NCBI GenBank assembly: GCA_030141605.1 | Contig: JAQGDQ010000606.1 | Span: 62,001 to 126,000, forward strand | Direction of reading: 5' to 3' | DNA length: 64,000 nt | Origin: Tubiluchus corallicola | Taxonomy: Eukaryota > Animalia > Priapulida | Shown here: one piece after another, positions 1-64,000 of the stretch | Numbering within the stretch: the first letter of the stretch is position 1 | Layout: every line of letters begins with the position of its first letter | Made by a program: the position numbers and the translations under genes | The notes under the pieces: generated by a model | Database searches by the model: none | The model's input: only the letters and a program-made list of their open reading frames with translations | Told to the model about the DNA's origin: nothing

Positions 1-377
1 GGCGGCGTACACTGTACAGAACAATGCGCATTTTCATTTTCCTGGAAAATCAAGCACTGGTATACCGCGTTTAGAGTGGCAAAGCCAGTTTCACTTCCCA
101 GAACAAAATGATGTAATGAGAGACTGAGGAAACAAGACCTACTTACTTACTTTTCGCGAAAACAGCAGTTTTTAAAAACAGTTTTTGGACTAGCCCGCGA
201 CCCCACGACCCCACGAAAAAGTAAAAATAGTATCAGTCAGCTAATCAGAAAATGAAGAAACGTTTGCAAAATTGAATTAGAACAATCCCAGTTGGTCAAT
301 TGCGTATTGTTTAAAGCACTAGAACATGGGTTCCTGATCTTGGGGACGCCGCGTTGCACTTTTGGGGCACTTTCTAT

Positions 378-1007
<630 letters not shown>

Positions 1008-1116
1008 GATTGTAAAAATTGCATGATGAATCCATGTTCTGGCTAATTTGCATTTATACTTGATCTTTTTAAATGTGGCAGTTTTACTGAATGGCATTAA
1101 TTTTCCTTTATTTCAG

Positions 1117-52036
<50,920 letters not shown>

Positions 52037-52126
52037 ACTTTCGATTCTGTTATTTTATCGAAACAATTCACGAAGAATTATTGGTTCGGCCTTTTCTTTT
52101 CCATTTGGTGACATCAAAGTGATGTT

Positions 52127-52627
52127 CAGGTGCACCCATGTTCCCCAAAACCTTGTTGACCCGGCAAAAGTACAGGTGCACCCATGTTCCCCAAAACCTT
52201 GTTGACCCGGCAAAAGTACAGGTGCACCCATGTTCCCCAAAACCTTGTTGACCCGGCAAAAGTACAGGTGCACCCATGTTCCCCAAAACCTTGTTGACCC
52301 GGCAAAAGTACAGGTGCACCCATGTTCCCCAAAACCTTGTTGACCCAGCAAAAGTACAGGTGCACCCATGTTCCCCAAAACCTTGTTGACCCGGCAAAAG
52401 TACAGGTGCACCCATGTTCCCCAAAACCTTGTTGACCCGGCAAAAGTACAGGTGCACCCATGTTCCCCAAAACCTTGTTGACCCGGCAAAAGTACAGGTG
52501 CACCCATGTTCCCCAAAACCTTGTTGACCCGGCAAAAGTACAGGTGCACCCATGTTCCCCAAAACCTTGTTGACCCGGCAAAAGTACAGGTGCACCCATG
52601 TTCCCCAAAACATTGTTGACCCGGCAA
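52127..52627. repeat. 46-bp minisatellite, ~11 near-perfect copies, just 3' of the LRRK2 stop
   Basis: caggtgcacccatgttccccaaaaccttgttgacccggcaaaagta. Confidence 0.95.
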
Positions 52628-52674
52628 CGAGACGCAGAATGTGGTGCCCTATTGCCCATGCTAACAATGTATCC

Positions 52675-53157
52675 CAGGGGTGTGCAAATTGCGGCCCGCT
52701 GAGAGAATTTGTGCGGCCCGCGAAGAGATTTGTCAACCTAATGAAAGTGCGGCCCGGGCGATTAATTGAGTGTATCCAGCTGAAGTCCGTGCCACGATCC
52801 CAAAGATAGTGCGGGTAGTTTTTTTCTACTAGATCGGATGCCATTAACCCTTACAAGACGGTTGTAGCTTAATGTCACTGTACTACACAGACTGTGTGAT
52901 ATACATTACTAATATACATTGTAATGAAATTACCACTATCTGTCCTGAAAGTAGAAATATATGGTTTGTAATATAAATTTTAATAACTTCTAAAATAGCT
53001 TCTTGAGTGTAGTAGTAATCATGTACGCAGGTCGGATGCAAAAAAATCGTTATTAGGTCTTTCTGTACTTGGCTCCTTGATCAAACTGCCTGTGGCCCGC
53101 AGGAATTGCGGGAAAGTTTAATGTGGCCTGGCTAGTCAGGTAATTTGCACACCCCTG
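52675..53157. mobile_element. hAT MITE
   Basis: TIR CAGGGGTGTGCAAATT / AATTTGCACACCCCTG; 8-bp TSD ATGTATCC. Confidence 0.9.
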
Positions 53158-54419
53158 ATGTATCCGGTCACGTAAACGTAAAGTAACAGGTGGCTCCCCT
53201 TTTTGATTGCACACAGTAATAATAATCTTATAGTCGTCTTTTGGATGAACAATTAACATTGACTCAAAGATCTTTTTGCCAGCTGTAAATAACAATTCAA
53301 CAACCACATATAAGAAGCTATTATTACCCCACTTTTACCCTAAATACCATGCACCATTTTTCGGCCATTTTTTGCAAAACTTATATCTCTAATTGCTGGA
53401 AAACGGGAATGGTGTAGTAGGCATTTCTAGATGTCGCAGGAGGACCATCGCGTCCCGCAACGGGCATTTTCCCGGACCCAACTCCCACTCCCAACTCGCC
53501 CGACTCGAAATTTTGGTCGAACAGCCTGCAGAAGAAAAGTTCTAGCGTCGCCTGGTGGGACTCTTGAAAGGAGATATACGGCTCTTTAGAAAGAGGAAGA
53601 ACAGGGCTACACGATGATGTCGGCTATATTTTAGGACACGTCCACCAAGAGGAGAGTCGACGAGTTAATTTCATTTTCTATTTTCGGCAATTTTCGCTTG
53701 GAAAACTGCTGACGCAAAGCCATTGTTTTGACGTCATTAATTATACTCTGTCTATAACCTTATAACTTTAATTCAGTAAAAGCTGCTGCTGGCTTTGTGT
53801 TACAAATGAGGACTATGCAGGATGTTCGTGCATTGTTGATTATAAGCGTCTTTCTACGCAAAATTTTTTGCCCTGCCTTTGCTAGTCTTAAGTAATACTA
53901 CCCAATCTTGATTACATCGTTTAGCCTCATTGTTTTCTTTAGTGAGGTTTTTTACTGTCTGAAAATTTTACAGCAAATAAATGAACTGATCTGTGTGACA
54001 TCAAAATTAATCGCAATTGATTTCAGAACAACATGGTAAATTTAATTAATAGTGAGATTTAAATGTCTACTGCATTTCTTCATCTGTATGATAAAAATGT
54101 GATCAAAAGCAACATCTGTGATAATTATATTTATATAAAGTCATTTTTAAGTTGACTTCAGTTTTTAACATAATATAAACTACTTGAGTTATAGACATGC
54201 AAGTTGTGATTAAAAGAACTTGGGCAAAGTGCTTATTTTCTCATGTTACTAGGTGGCACCACGTGTTGCATAATATCCCACAGCAATGTGTTTATAATTA
54301 TTCATCATGTGAGCCAGAAGCAAACGTATCGTTTTAGTGGCGCCCTCCGGTAACGTCAAAATGAATTATTTGAAGTGAAGAGGGCTTTATTTATTATGTG
54401 CTTTCAGATTATCGTGTGA

Positions 54420-55043
54420 TTATTGTTATTATCATTAATATTGATCATGTTGTTGCTGTTGCTGTTGTTGCACACAGTTACAGTAGCTGCTACTGTCATG
54501 AAGACCATAATTTAACTGATTGTAGTGCCTGGCTACTATTTTTTCAAATTGATTTAAACACTGTCATTATTTTTATTTATCATTAATATTGATCATGTTG
54601 TTGTTGTTGCTGCTGTTGCTATTGTTGCACACAGTTACAGTAGCTGTTATTGTTATGAAAAGACCATAATTTAACTGATTGTAGTGCCTGGCTACTATTT
54701 TTTCAAATTGATTTAAACAGTGTCATTATTGTTATTATCATTAATATTGATCATGTTGTTATTGTTGCTGCTGTTGCTACTGTTGCACACAGTTACAATA
54801 GCTGTTATTGTTATGAAAAGACCATAATTTAACTGAGTGTAGTGCCTGGCTACTATTTTTTCAAATTGATTTAAACAATGTCATTATTGTTATTATCATT
54901 AATATTGATCATGTTGTTATTGTTGCTGCTGTTGCTACTGTTGCGCGCAGTTACAGTAGCTGTTATTGTCATGAAAAGACCATAATGTAACTGATTGTAG
55001 TTACTGGCTACTATTTTTTCAAATTGACTTAAACAATGTCATT
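54420..55043. repeat. ~158-bp tandem repeat x4
   Basis: ttatcattaatattgatcatgttg...ggctactattttttcaaattgatttaaaca repeated. Confidence 0.85.
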
Positions 55044-56689
55044 GCATTTGTATAAAATAAAGCTGTATGAATGAACAGATAAAACAATATACATTTTGTT
55101 TTGATATTAATATTTTATTTATTTTGTGCACCAAGAAAATAGGCTATTTTATTGTGGACGGTGTATAAGAAAGATAAAAACATACACTCATACATCACAA
55201 TATCAAACGATGATAATCGCAACAGGAATTCTTCATTCACTGGACAGAACACAGGTAAGTGATTCCAAACATTAATAACAACGATAGAAAATTAAAAAAT
55301 CTTAAACTGAGCCATCACCAGAATATACAATGAATCATTCACGATTTTAACATTTGCTATGTGTTATAGACAGAGTTTCACAGGACTCCAGATAAAGTTT
55401 GTTCTTGTGGTAATTGTACATCACTAATTACAATATGCACTATTGTAAACATATGACACACCAACACGTAAATATGAAGAAACGTAATCAGAAAATGAAT
55501 TTAAACGGTCACCTATCCCTTAGGCATGTTGTACATCGTTACACTGAGATATGCCTGTAGCAGCTCACGGTTATATGTGTGCTTGGAAAGCAAAACCGCC
55601 CATAAGTCGGCACAGTTAAAACGAAGTTATGATGCTTCAAAGCAGAATGCACCAGAAATTTGGTCGTGTTAATTTTTTGTTTTTTACAAAAAAGAACAAA
55701 TATATTGGACTTTTATATTCTAGCATCAAACTATCAAGAAAATGGTCACAAAACATTTGTACGGTTGCTAAGTGTTTTGCAGATACGCGACAAAAAACAA
55801 TGGCTAACTTTAACAGTGCTTTTCTCAAGATTATGTTTTTCAGTGTGCAGCCTGCACCTCAACTTCAACGTGGATTATCTCAGCTTAGAAATAACATAGA
55901 GCAATGAACTTGGTATCAAAATGATCCTCATGAAATGGAGATTCAGGATATGTGAACAACTAGAAAGGCTTAATTGTCGACTTATGGACGACTTTGCTAC
56001 GCAAGCAGACATATTATGACATTCTTACTATAGGCTAATAAACCTACATTTAAAAAAATAAAAAATGCAGTAAACCCAAGCAAATGACATTAAATTAAAT
56101 GACACATCATAAGGTCTAGGGAACTGGTTGTTGCTTGAAGTAGCATTAAGCTGTCTTACTGCACTTGAGATAAAAGAATTTAGAATAGTATTAGTTTTAC
56201 AATTAATTAAGACTTTCATACTGACCAGATTTCCGTTTTCCAAAATTTGATGTAAGAGGGTGGGATTGGTCATTAGGAAAATACATCATTTGACTTTTGA
56301 TGTTAATATATAGTAAATTAATATAGTTCTTCCATTTTGCAGTAAAGCGTCTATCGCGTGACACTTAAACGTCTGCATTTTTGGTATTTGTTGTGTTTCG
56401 TTTCGTATTTTACGGTCAGCAACGCATATTTTTATAAGTGATCTAAGGCAAACGATTTCCGGCATTGGGTGCTTTTTTGTCAGAGTTTCAGTTGACCTTT
56501 TTCGTTGGCAAAACTTGAATAAAGTTGTATTTTTCTATTAAGTTAAAGCAATCTACTCGTAAGCTTAATTATACCCTGAACTCGTTAGTATTTTAAATAA
56601 AATCTGTTTTCTTTTGTTACCAAAAATTGACGTCAAGCCCTTCTACTGTTAAAAACTGTATATACACTGTAGAGTCTTCAGCTAAGAAG

Positions 56690-57122
56690 CAGGGCCGGAA
56701 CTAGATGTGGCAAGCAGGGGGGGGGGGGCGCAAAAATTTTCTGGGGTGGCGAGGTATCCGAAGTGGTTAAATAATGGTTAAGCCAATTTTAACCCCTTTT
56801 ATACTGCATGCAAGCCTATAATTAGCATATGTAGGACGGCGTAGCGGACAGAGCAATAATGAGAAAATTAACTCTCAGTTAACTTAATGTCATTAATGTG
56901 CCTCTAACTAAATTGTTATTTACAGAAATTTATAACACACAAATTTTAAGAAAATAATACACTGAAGCTACCAAACATTTTTTTTACCTAATTCTAATTC
57001 ATATTGAAAACGATTACATGCGAACTGCAATTTTCACTGCAAAAAAATTATTTGTCCGATTTTGCAGGGGGAGGGGGCGCAAATTTTGACAGGGGGGGCG
57101 CTCCCCCCTAGTTCCGCCCCTG
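56690..57122. mobile_element. hAT MITE
   Basis: TIR CAGGGCCGGAACTAG / CTAGTTCCGCCCCTG; 8-bp TSD CTAAGAAG. Confidence 0.9.
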
Positions 57123-57408
57123 CTAAGAAGTTGTGTTTTTTGAAAACATGCACTCATGAAAGCCTGCTTATCAGTTGAAAATGAAATTTAGCAAAATGTT
57201 TTATACTGGCAAAGCAACCTTTTTCTTTTTTTCAGTTTCCAAATCTAAAGAAACTCTTAATTGGCACAATAATGTTGCATTATAAAATTTTTTGGTAGAA
57301 TTACAGAAAATAAATTTCTCTATACGAGGCATGTAATTTTCGTTTCGACAATCTGTATATAACTACCTTATATAAAATGGGCAGCACAAACTGTATGTGC
57401 TTTGTTAA

Positions 57409-57920
57409 ACGAAAACCGGATGATTGATTAAACTCAATTTCATTTTAATTTACTGTCCAAAATGTACATTTTCTTGCCTATAAAAGTTAACAATTGTTTC
57501 TTATATTTGAGTAATTAGCTTGGAAAGTTAATTAACGGCAGCAGAACACAGTTATTGCTTATGTCAGAAACTAACCACAGTTTGTGCAATGGCAGGCATC
57601 TTCCCTTGCGTGTCAAGCACATTTGCATAAATGTTACTGCTTAAACGCGTGATGTCACGAAAACAGGCTGTACGTAATATGACGTCAGAAACCAACACTA
57701 CAATATCACTGTATCGCCTTCTATTTGTCGGCCACGCAAATGTGACAAAAAGGCGCCTTGTGACTGAGCCGCGCGTAGCTTTGAAAGTTTAACAAAATTT
57801 GAGTGTCCAAGGTAATTATTATTTAATCTAAGCTTTGATTTAAAAACGTTATTGTAGTTTTCAATATTTTAGAGCCTACTTTATTCTGAACTAATGTTTA
57901 CACAATCATCCAGTCTTCGT
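57409..57920. mobile_element. Kolobok-like MITE, inverted copy of 1372-1914
   Basis: TTAA flanks, TIRs, internal reverse-complement similarity. Confidence 0.72.
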
Positions 57921-58492
57921 TTAATAAATATAGTACACAAACTTGTTAATTTCTACCTTATCGTAATGAAGCTTCAATAAATGCAGAACGGAATCTGCAT
58001 CAAGGCTCAAGTAATACTGTATAAAATACGTACGTTTTAAAATGACACAAAAGGACGGAATAAGTATCACAATTAGGAATGCATTTTAGACTTTAACCTG
58101 TTACACATTTTTGGTAAAACTTATTTAAAAGAATTTGCATCAACCATTTCCAAAGCAAAACACAATCTAAAAAATTTGCGAAAATCTTACCATACGGAAA
58201 CGCGAGTAGGGCAATATGTTGTGCATTTTTACGTTTCAAAGATCATCTCATTAGTAACAAGAGCATGTTGATGATGTTAAGAGAGTTTTACTGAATGTAT
58301 TGAAACAGTACGGGGGACAATGCACGTAAAATTCATCAGAACATGTCTAATCGCTTCGAGTCGCTCGATTAATTCACGACAAGAAATTTCGTTCAGTTCA
58401 TTCTGACACTCATGAACAAACCAAAATTGACAACTGGCAATATCAGCCGAAATGTTTCACGGTGCAATCGTACTGCAACGGTGCATGAATTG

Positions 58493-58884
58493 CAGGGATG
58501 AGAATGACAAATTTCAAAAAACTCTGAAACAAGTCAGCGGTTTAGGGGCCGCGTAAGCGAAACCAACTTGGATTCCAATTTTGCGAACATAGAGAGCCTC
58601 TAAGTGGACTTAAAATATGAGTACTGGCTGCTCCTATGCAAAAGTTTATAAAAACTGTCTGCAATTGACTCAAATAACTCCACACAATTGATTCTATATT
58701 TTTATACATAGAGACATGCACGTGGTTACACTGATGTACGTGATGTAAACAAAGTGACGGCCTGCCAACTAGCGGTCAGCTTGTGAAATAATGTACTGGG
58801 TCCATAAAAATTTTCTCAACGAATTTACGCGATTTTCAAAAATGGCACTACTGGTTTTCCAAAAACTCGGAATTCTCATCCGTG
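58493..58884. mobile_element. MITE family B (inverted), 6-bp TSD GAATTG
   Basis: TIRs and perfect flanking repeat; lies ~210 bp beyond the ARL6 stop. Confidence 0.88.
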
Positions 58885-59095
58885 GAATTGTGCTGCCTTC
58901 GCCATTTTCCATTGCCAACATTTTTACTATGCACAATCATTGCACGGTGAAAATGTGATATTGATGAAATACAACAAGTAGAAGTACACAAACCCCAACC
59001 ACACTGATCCAAAAGTAGCTTGGCCGTATATCAGTGACATTACTTGTAAAGCACTCACTGTTATCACACTAAAGTTGAATATTTTACGTTCGCTT

Positions 59096-59677
59096 CTACT
59101 TTCCGCTGTACTTCCGCGCCTGTATCATATCCTGTATCTCACCCGTCAGCCAATCTATCCCCTCCTGAAGTCCCTCCCCTGTCAGAGCATTACTTGCACA
59201 GATGTGCCAAGGTTTGTTAGCTATCCGTTCCAATCCCAACGCCGTCGACACCTTCACGCTAGACATCGCTTCCCGCATGTCCATCTTATTCGCAAAGAAG
59301 AGGACCGGTATTTGTCGCGAGGCGATGTCCTCGTGCTGAAGCAGCAGATCCAACTCCTCTTTTGCCACGACCATGCGCAGTTTGTCGCTTGAGTCTATCA
59401 CAAATATGACACCTTGTGCTTCCTTGTAATAGTGCTCCCAGAGGTTGCGGTATCGTCCCTGACCGGACATGTCGAATGCGGTGAATCCGAGATTCTTTGA
59501 CTGAAATTTTTCTACATTGAAACCGACTGTAGGCACAATATCTTGAGCGCGCATGTCAACCGGTTTAAGATGATCAATGATCGTACTTTTTCCACTGTTA
59601 TCTAAACCAATGACTAGAACCTGAACGTCTTTCTTTTTGATGCCTAGCCAGATCGAAAGTCTATCAAATAAACCCAT
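59096..59677 (-). CDS. ARL6: ADP-ribosylation factor-like protein 6 (BBS3), 193 aa, intronless CDS
   Basis: MGLFDRLS N-terminus, [52 protein letters not shown] are ARL6 signature motifs. Confidence 0.96.
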   Translation of the reverse strand: MGLFDRLSIWLGIKKKDVQVLVIGLDNSGKSTIIDHLKPVDMRAQDIVPTVGFNVEKFQSKNLGFTAFDMSGQGRYRNLWEHYYKEAQGVIFVIDSSDKLRMVVAKEELDLLLQHEDIASRQIPVLFFANKMDMREAMSSVKVSTALGLERIANKPWHICASNALTGEGLQEGIDWLTGEIQDMIQARKYSGK

Positions 59678-61977
59678 GACTTGAACAAGATGAGTGGACC
59701 AACGTGCTCCGAATGGTTTACGAACTCAGCTGAACGGATTACGAAAATAAAATAGTAAGGTCATAGTGAATGTCCTAGAAAAATTCAAAGTAACAGACTG
59801 CATTATTTAATTAAAATATTAATTTTATGAAAACATATTTATTACTATTACCATATGCAATTATTGCGAAGTATAATGCGTTTTCGTCGTTATGACAACA
59901 CTTATTACAATACATATAAAAATGACAGTTATCATGTGCCAAACTAAATTACACAATACGTGAAACATGCAGATTCATGACCTGATGTGATGATTAAAAA
60001 CAATGAGAATGATTCGTGGTCATAAATTTAATGGGTGCTCCTAGGTAAGGCTACATATCCCACAAAAATACCAATCACAACACTGGTTAATGCTACTCAA
60101 ACAAAACTGAGCGGAATTAATTTCATTTTTTTCTGCTCTAAGAAACCTTGTTATTGCAGTACTTTCAAGCAAATCATAAAAGTGACACTATTTCCTAGAA
60201 AAATGTACTGGTTGCACGGCAGGAACTGAAAATAAACTAACTACAAACACTACAATTACATGTAATTGTACGCTAGGCATTTTCATACACAGACATTCCA
60301 GTTTCTGACATTTTGTCAATAATTTTGTTGCTAAGGTAGTAGTGCTCCCTACCGGTCGTTTTTTAAACGAAACTGAAACACAAAACCACAGCTGTTTGCT
60401 AAACCAGATCAAAATCAAATCAACTACTTTTCTTGTTAACATTTCAAAAACAACGCGCAATTTACAAAAAAATGATCATAACAAGGACCTTAAAGCCAAA
60501 TCTTTAAAAGATAACATAACAATCTTTTATTAATCTTGCAGTACACACACAAGCATAATACAACCAAATAATAATTTGAAAAATCAAATTTTTTTGAACA
60601 AAGGGTAAAATGTTATAACTCTGTGACATAGCATAGTGAGAAGACTTTATAAAATTGAAATTTATTTTTTTCTCCAATTTAAAAATGTACAGTAACCACT
60701 TCCAGTCTATAAAGGAGCAACAGTTGAATAGTATACAGGCAAATAAAGCCTAATTGCTAGTAATTAGTGAAAAAGAGAGAAGATAGTGAGCCAACCAAAA
60801 GGTCATCAAGTCAGCCATCCTTTTAATACATTAAAATTATATGATCACAGGCGGGTCGGGTGAGAAATGAGGCACAGACAATAAATTAATTTAACCACCT
60901 TGATGGTTAAATCAAATTAGTAGTTTCTAAACAAAACCTGAGGTAACTAACACATAAATTTATGTATACTTGTAGTTAAGTTGCTAAATGAATGTTTGAT
61001 TTAACAATATTACAATTTATACAGTGACAGAAAAAAGCACTAACTGTATCTAAAGGAATGATATGCGAACTTTTGAAATATTCTACATATTACCAAAACA
61101 AAAAGAAAATATAAATGACAACATTCATGAGTTTAGTGTTGTGTGGTAATTACTTAAAAAAAATAAACATATAAAAACTATATGGTTTTTACTAAAAAAC
61201 AAAACTACTTTAGAATTTAGATTCAAAAATTTTTAGGTCTTAGAGTAAAAACTCTCATCTTGTACGAGTGCAATAAACTGAAAAAAGGATTTACAGATTT
61301 AATCCAAGTCTCAAGTGTCTTCAACCAGACACACTTATATGAAACACACATTCCATTCTAATGATTATTTTGTCAGTAATTTGCTCACTTAATCAGCACG
61401 GAACGAACTCTGTAATCAAACAAGCAATTTTACTTTGGAATTCTCTACCATTACAGGTTAAACAAATCAAGTCCCTATCAGCATTTAAAACAAAATTAAA
61501 ATCACTAGTTATTAACCAGATATGAAATACCATCACACCAGTACGACAACATACACACTAATTCAGAATTCATATATCCACGGCCATATTAATTAAATCA
61601 CAGTTTTTTTCATTTTTTTGTGCATAGTTGTAAATATGTTTGATATTATTTGTCGTTACTTTCCATTACTGCACAGTAGTTTAGATTGCACTGACGCATT
61701 TGCCTTTAGCAGTGTAAGTTTTTATTAGCTAACACTGATTGATCATCTCTGTAAAGTTTTTATCAGTGATTATCAATGTATTTTAATGGCAAATAAAGAT
61801 TATATATATATATAATCTTGTCTATATATATATATATATATAGTATATGGAATCACCATACTGTGACTGTTCCGTACCTGATGCTTTTAATTTTCAAGAA
61901 AATAACTTCATCATTAAATTACATCCTGTGCATGTCTCCATTATGATCATGTCGTTCTAATGTCAAAATCGAACGTA

Positions 61978-62481
61978 CAGTCTAGCCTCGTTATCTCGCC
62001 CCTCGTTATGCCGCCAAACTCGTCTCTCGCCATAGAAAGTACCAGGACGGATTTCCTGCTTTGATATTTAACTCGTTAAGTCGCCACCCTCGCTTCTCGC
62101 CCTTGCCACGTCATGCTAGGATGAGTGCTTATGTAAACTATATTCGTTATGTCGCCAAACAGACAAACTCAGAGGTGAATCGATCAATACATATACCGCG
62201 TGTCGATCAATATAACTGCGGTATGTAGACAATGCTGCTGTACTCGATAGACAGACATAATTAATCCAGTGTGTGTCTCACCAGGATTAGATTAGGAGTG
62301 CTGTGGTTGGTTAATGCGCAGCGAAATATATTTTATATGTACATAGAGGAACACTATGTTAATCAACTATTATGTATATACATATAGACTAACTTCGTTA
62401 TATTCCCGTTATCTCGCCATACTCGTCTCTCGCCAAAAATTTGCCCTAGACGGACAGTGGCGAGATAACGAGGGTAGACTG
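61978..62481. mobile_element. pogo-like MITE
   Basis: TA-CAGTCTAGCCTCGTTATCTCGCC...GGCGAGATAACGAGGGTAGACTG-TA. Confidence 0.85.
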
Positions 62482-63880
62482 TATTATAAAGCAAAACAAA
62501 TTAAAAATGGCTAAATTTATTCCTAGACATTGGCAGTCATAGTGCTTACAATAATTTTCCGGTTATAATACTTGAGAGAGAAAAATTTAGCTAATCATAA
62601 ATGAATAATAGTACAAAAGTTCTAAAGTCAATTTTCGTAGCTACATAAACATGAGACTTTCTTTTATAAGCAAACAAACTGTAATTACAAACAGAAACAA
62701 ACAAAAATCCACTGATTTCATTTGTTATACTTATAATTAGTTATAAAGTTCTTCTAGTAGTGTGAAACAATGCATATATATGTAATATAAACCTTCGAGT
62801 TTATGTATCAAAAATTATATACTTAGTAAATATAGTAACATGTAAATAATTACGTACATTCATAAATCTTTCTTTACAAATAATCTAAAAACTCAAAAAA
62901 ATGAAGAAATGTATAAAAAGCCAGTGACAAAGAAACAGCCTCTATCATGGTAAATCTTACAAATAGAGTGTGGCCAGTATAGGAAATGCCAAATACAGGC
63001 AATAATTATTATGTAAAAATAATGCACAAATAACCAAACCCTCCTGATAAACTATTACTAACATGTTTGCCAAACAGACAATCATTACTGTTACTGTTGT
63101 GTTTTGTTTCTCTCGGAAGGCTCGTAGAGAAAACCAGAAAACACTTCACCAGATTAAACTAGTTTATTAAGCGAGAATTCTACAACACAAAAGTACGAAG
63201 GAACGCGAAATGTTTACACTAAACGTGAAAATCTGGAAAACGTTTAAGTGTATCTGAAAATACAAGTATACAAAAGAATGTGTAAGTGACGTCCATGTGA
63301 ATCCGTGTGTCTGTCTCAGTGGCCTGCTTTGCCTTATATAGAGTGCCCGAGAAACTTCTAGAAGTTTTGTTCCAGAACATTCTACACGGTAAGACGATTA
63401 TTCTAACGGAACATTCTACAATGTTTTATGTGATTCTAATAGATGCCAGCGATCTCCACAACAGTTACAAAGCTTTTATTTACTATTGAGTAATACTAAT
63501 ATGAACTATATAAACTTACTATGACGCATGGTTTGCAGAATACATTTCAAAATGTGTATACAAGTACGTGTATATAATACAACCGCTTTTGTCACCACCT
63601 CCACAATTACTAATAAACTAAGAAAAGATTGTGTATCTTAAGCAAAAAAGTCATAAAAATATGAAGATCCATCACAAGCAAGTATCATGACAGCCTTGCA
63701 AACAGTGGTAGAATTAAAAACAAAGTTAAAATACAGATTTGAACACTTTTCCTAGTAAGAAAAACAGCCTGCCAAAATTGGCAGATGTAATGCCCACAGT
63801 AGATTCTTAGCAATAGCTCATATATTTACTAGCCATACAAAACATTGCTTAACTTTGTAACTGAGCATGCACAGGTGCAT

Positions 63881-63978
63881 GTACGCACAGTAGGTAGCAT
63901 GTATGCACAGTAGGTAGCATGTATGCACAGTAGGTAGCATGTATGCACAGTAGGTAGCATGTACGCACAGTAGGTAGC
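63881..63978. repeat. 20-bp tandem repeat x5
   Basis: gtatgcacagtaggtagcat. Confidence 0.9.
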
Positions 63979-64000
63979 TATTCCCTACTGATTTTACATG

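Noticed and set aside
52055-52844. Overlapping 177-258 aa minus-strand ORFs
   Set aside because: Translations of the 46-bp VNTR.

Overview
Eukaryotic (invertebrate-metazoan-like, AT-rich, microsatellite-laden) genomic DNA with one assembly gap (9428-10110). Most of the window (1117-52036, + strand) is the 3' part of a LRRK2-type ROCO kinase gene. I reconstructed 31 GT-AG exons by hand; all splice phases are compatible and they join into one open frame of about 1840 aa (end of ANK, linker, LRR, Roc, COR, kinase, WD40, C-terminal helix). The 5' exons lie upstream of the window. A convergent ARL6/BBS3 gene with an intronless CDS lies at 59096-59677 (-). Introns hold many MITE families (pogo/Tc1-mariner, hAT with 8-bp and 6-bp TSDs, piggyBac, Kolobok, Harbinger, foldback), SINE-like relics and many mini/microsatellites. 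Main finding: this LRRK2 looks rewired. Its Roc domain has lost the G1 Thr, G2 Thr and G3 Asp (GKRT, WTLRG), so it is a predicted pseudo-GTPase. The kinase is catalytically intact and carries DYS instead of DYG, the equivalent of the Parkinson-linked human G2019S, plus a Cys at the Y1699-equivalent position. Human residue equivalences come from by-eye alignment to the remembered human sequence and need computational confirmation.
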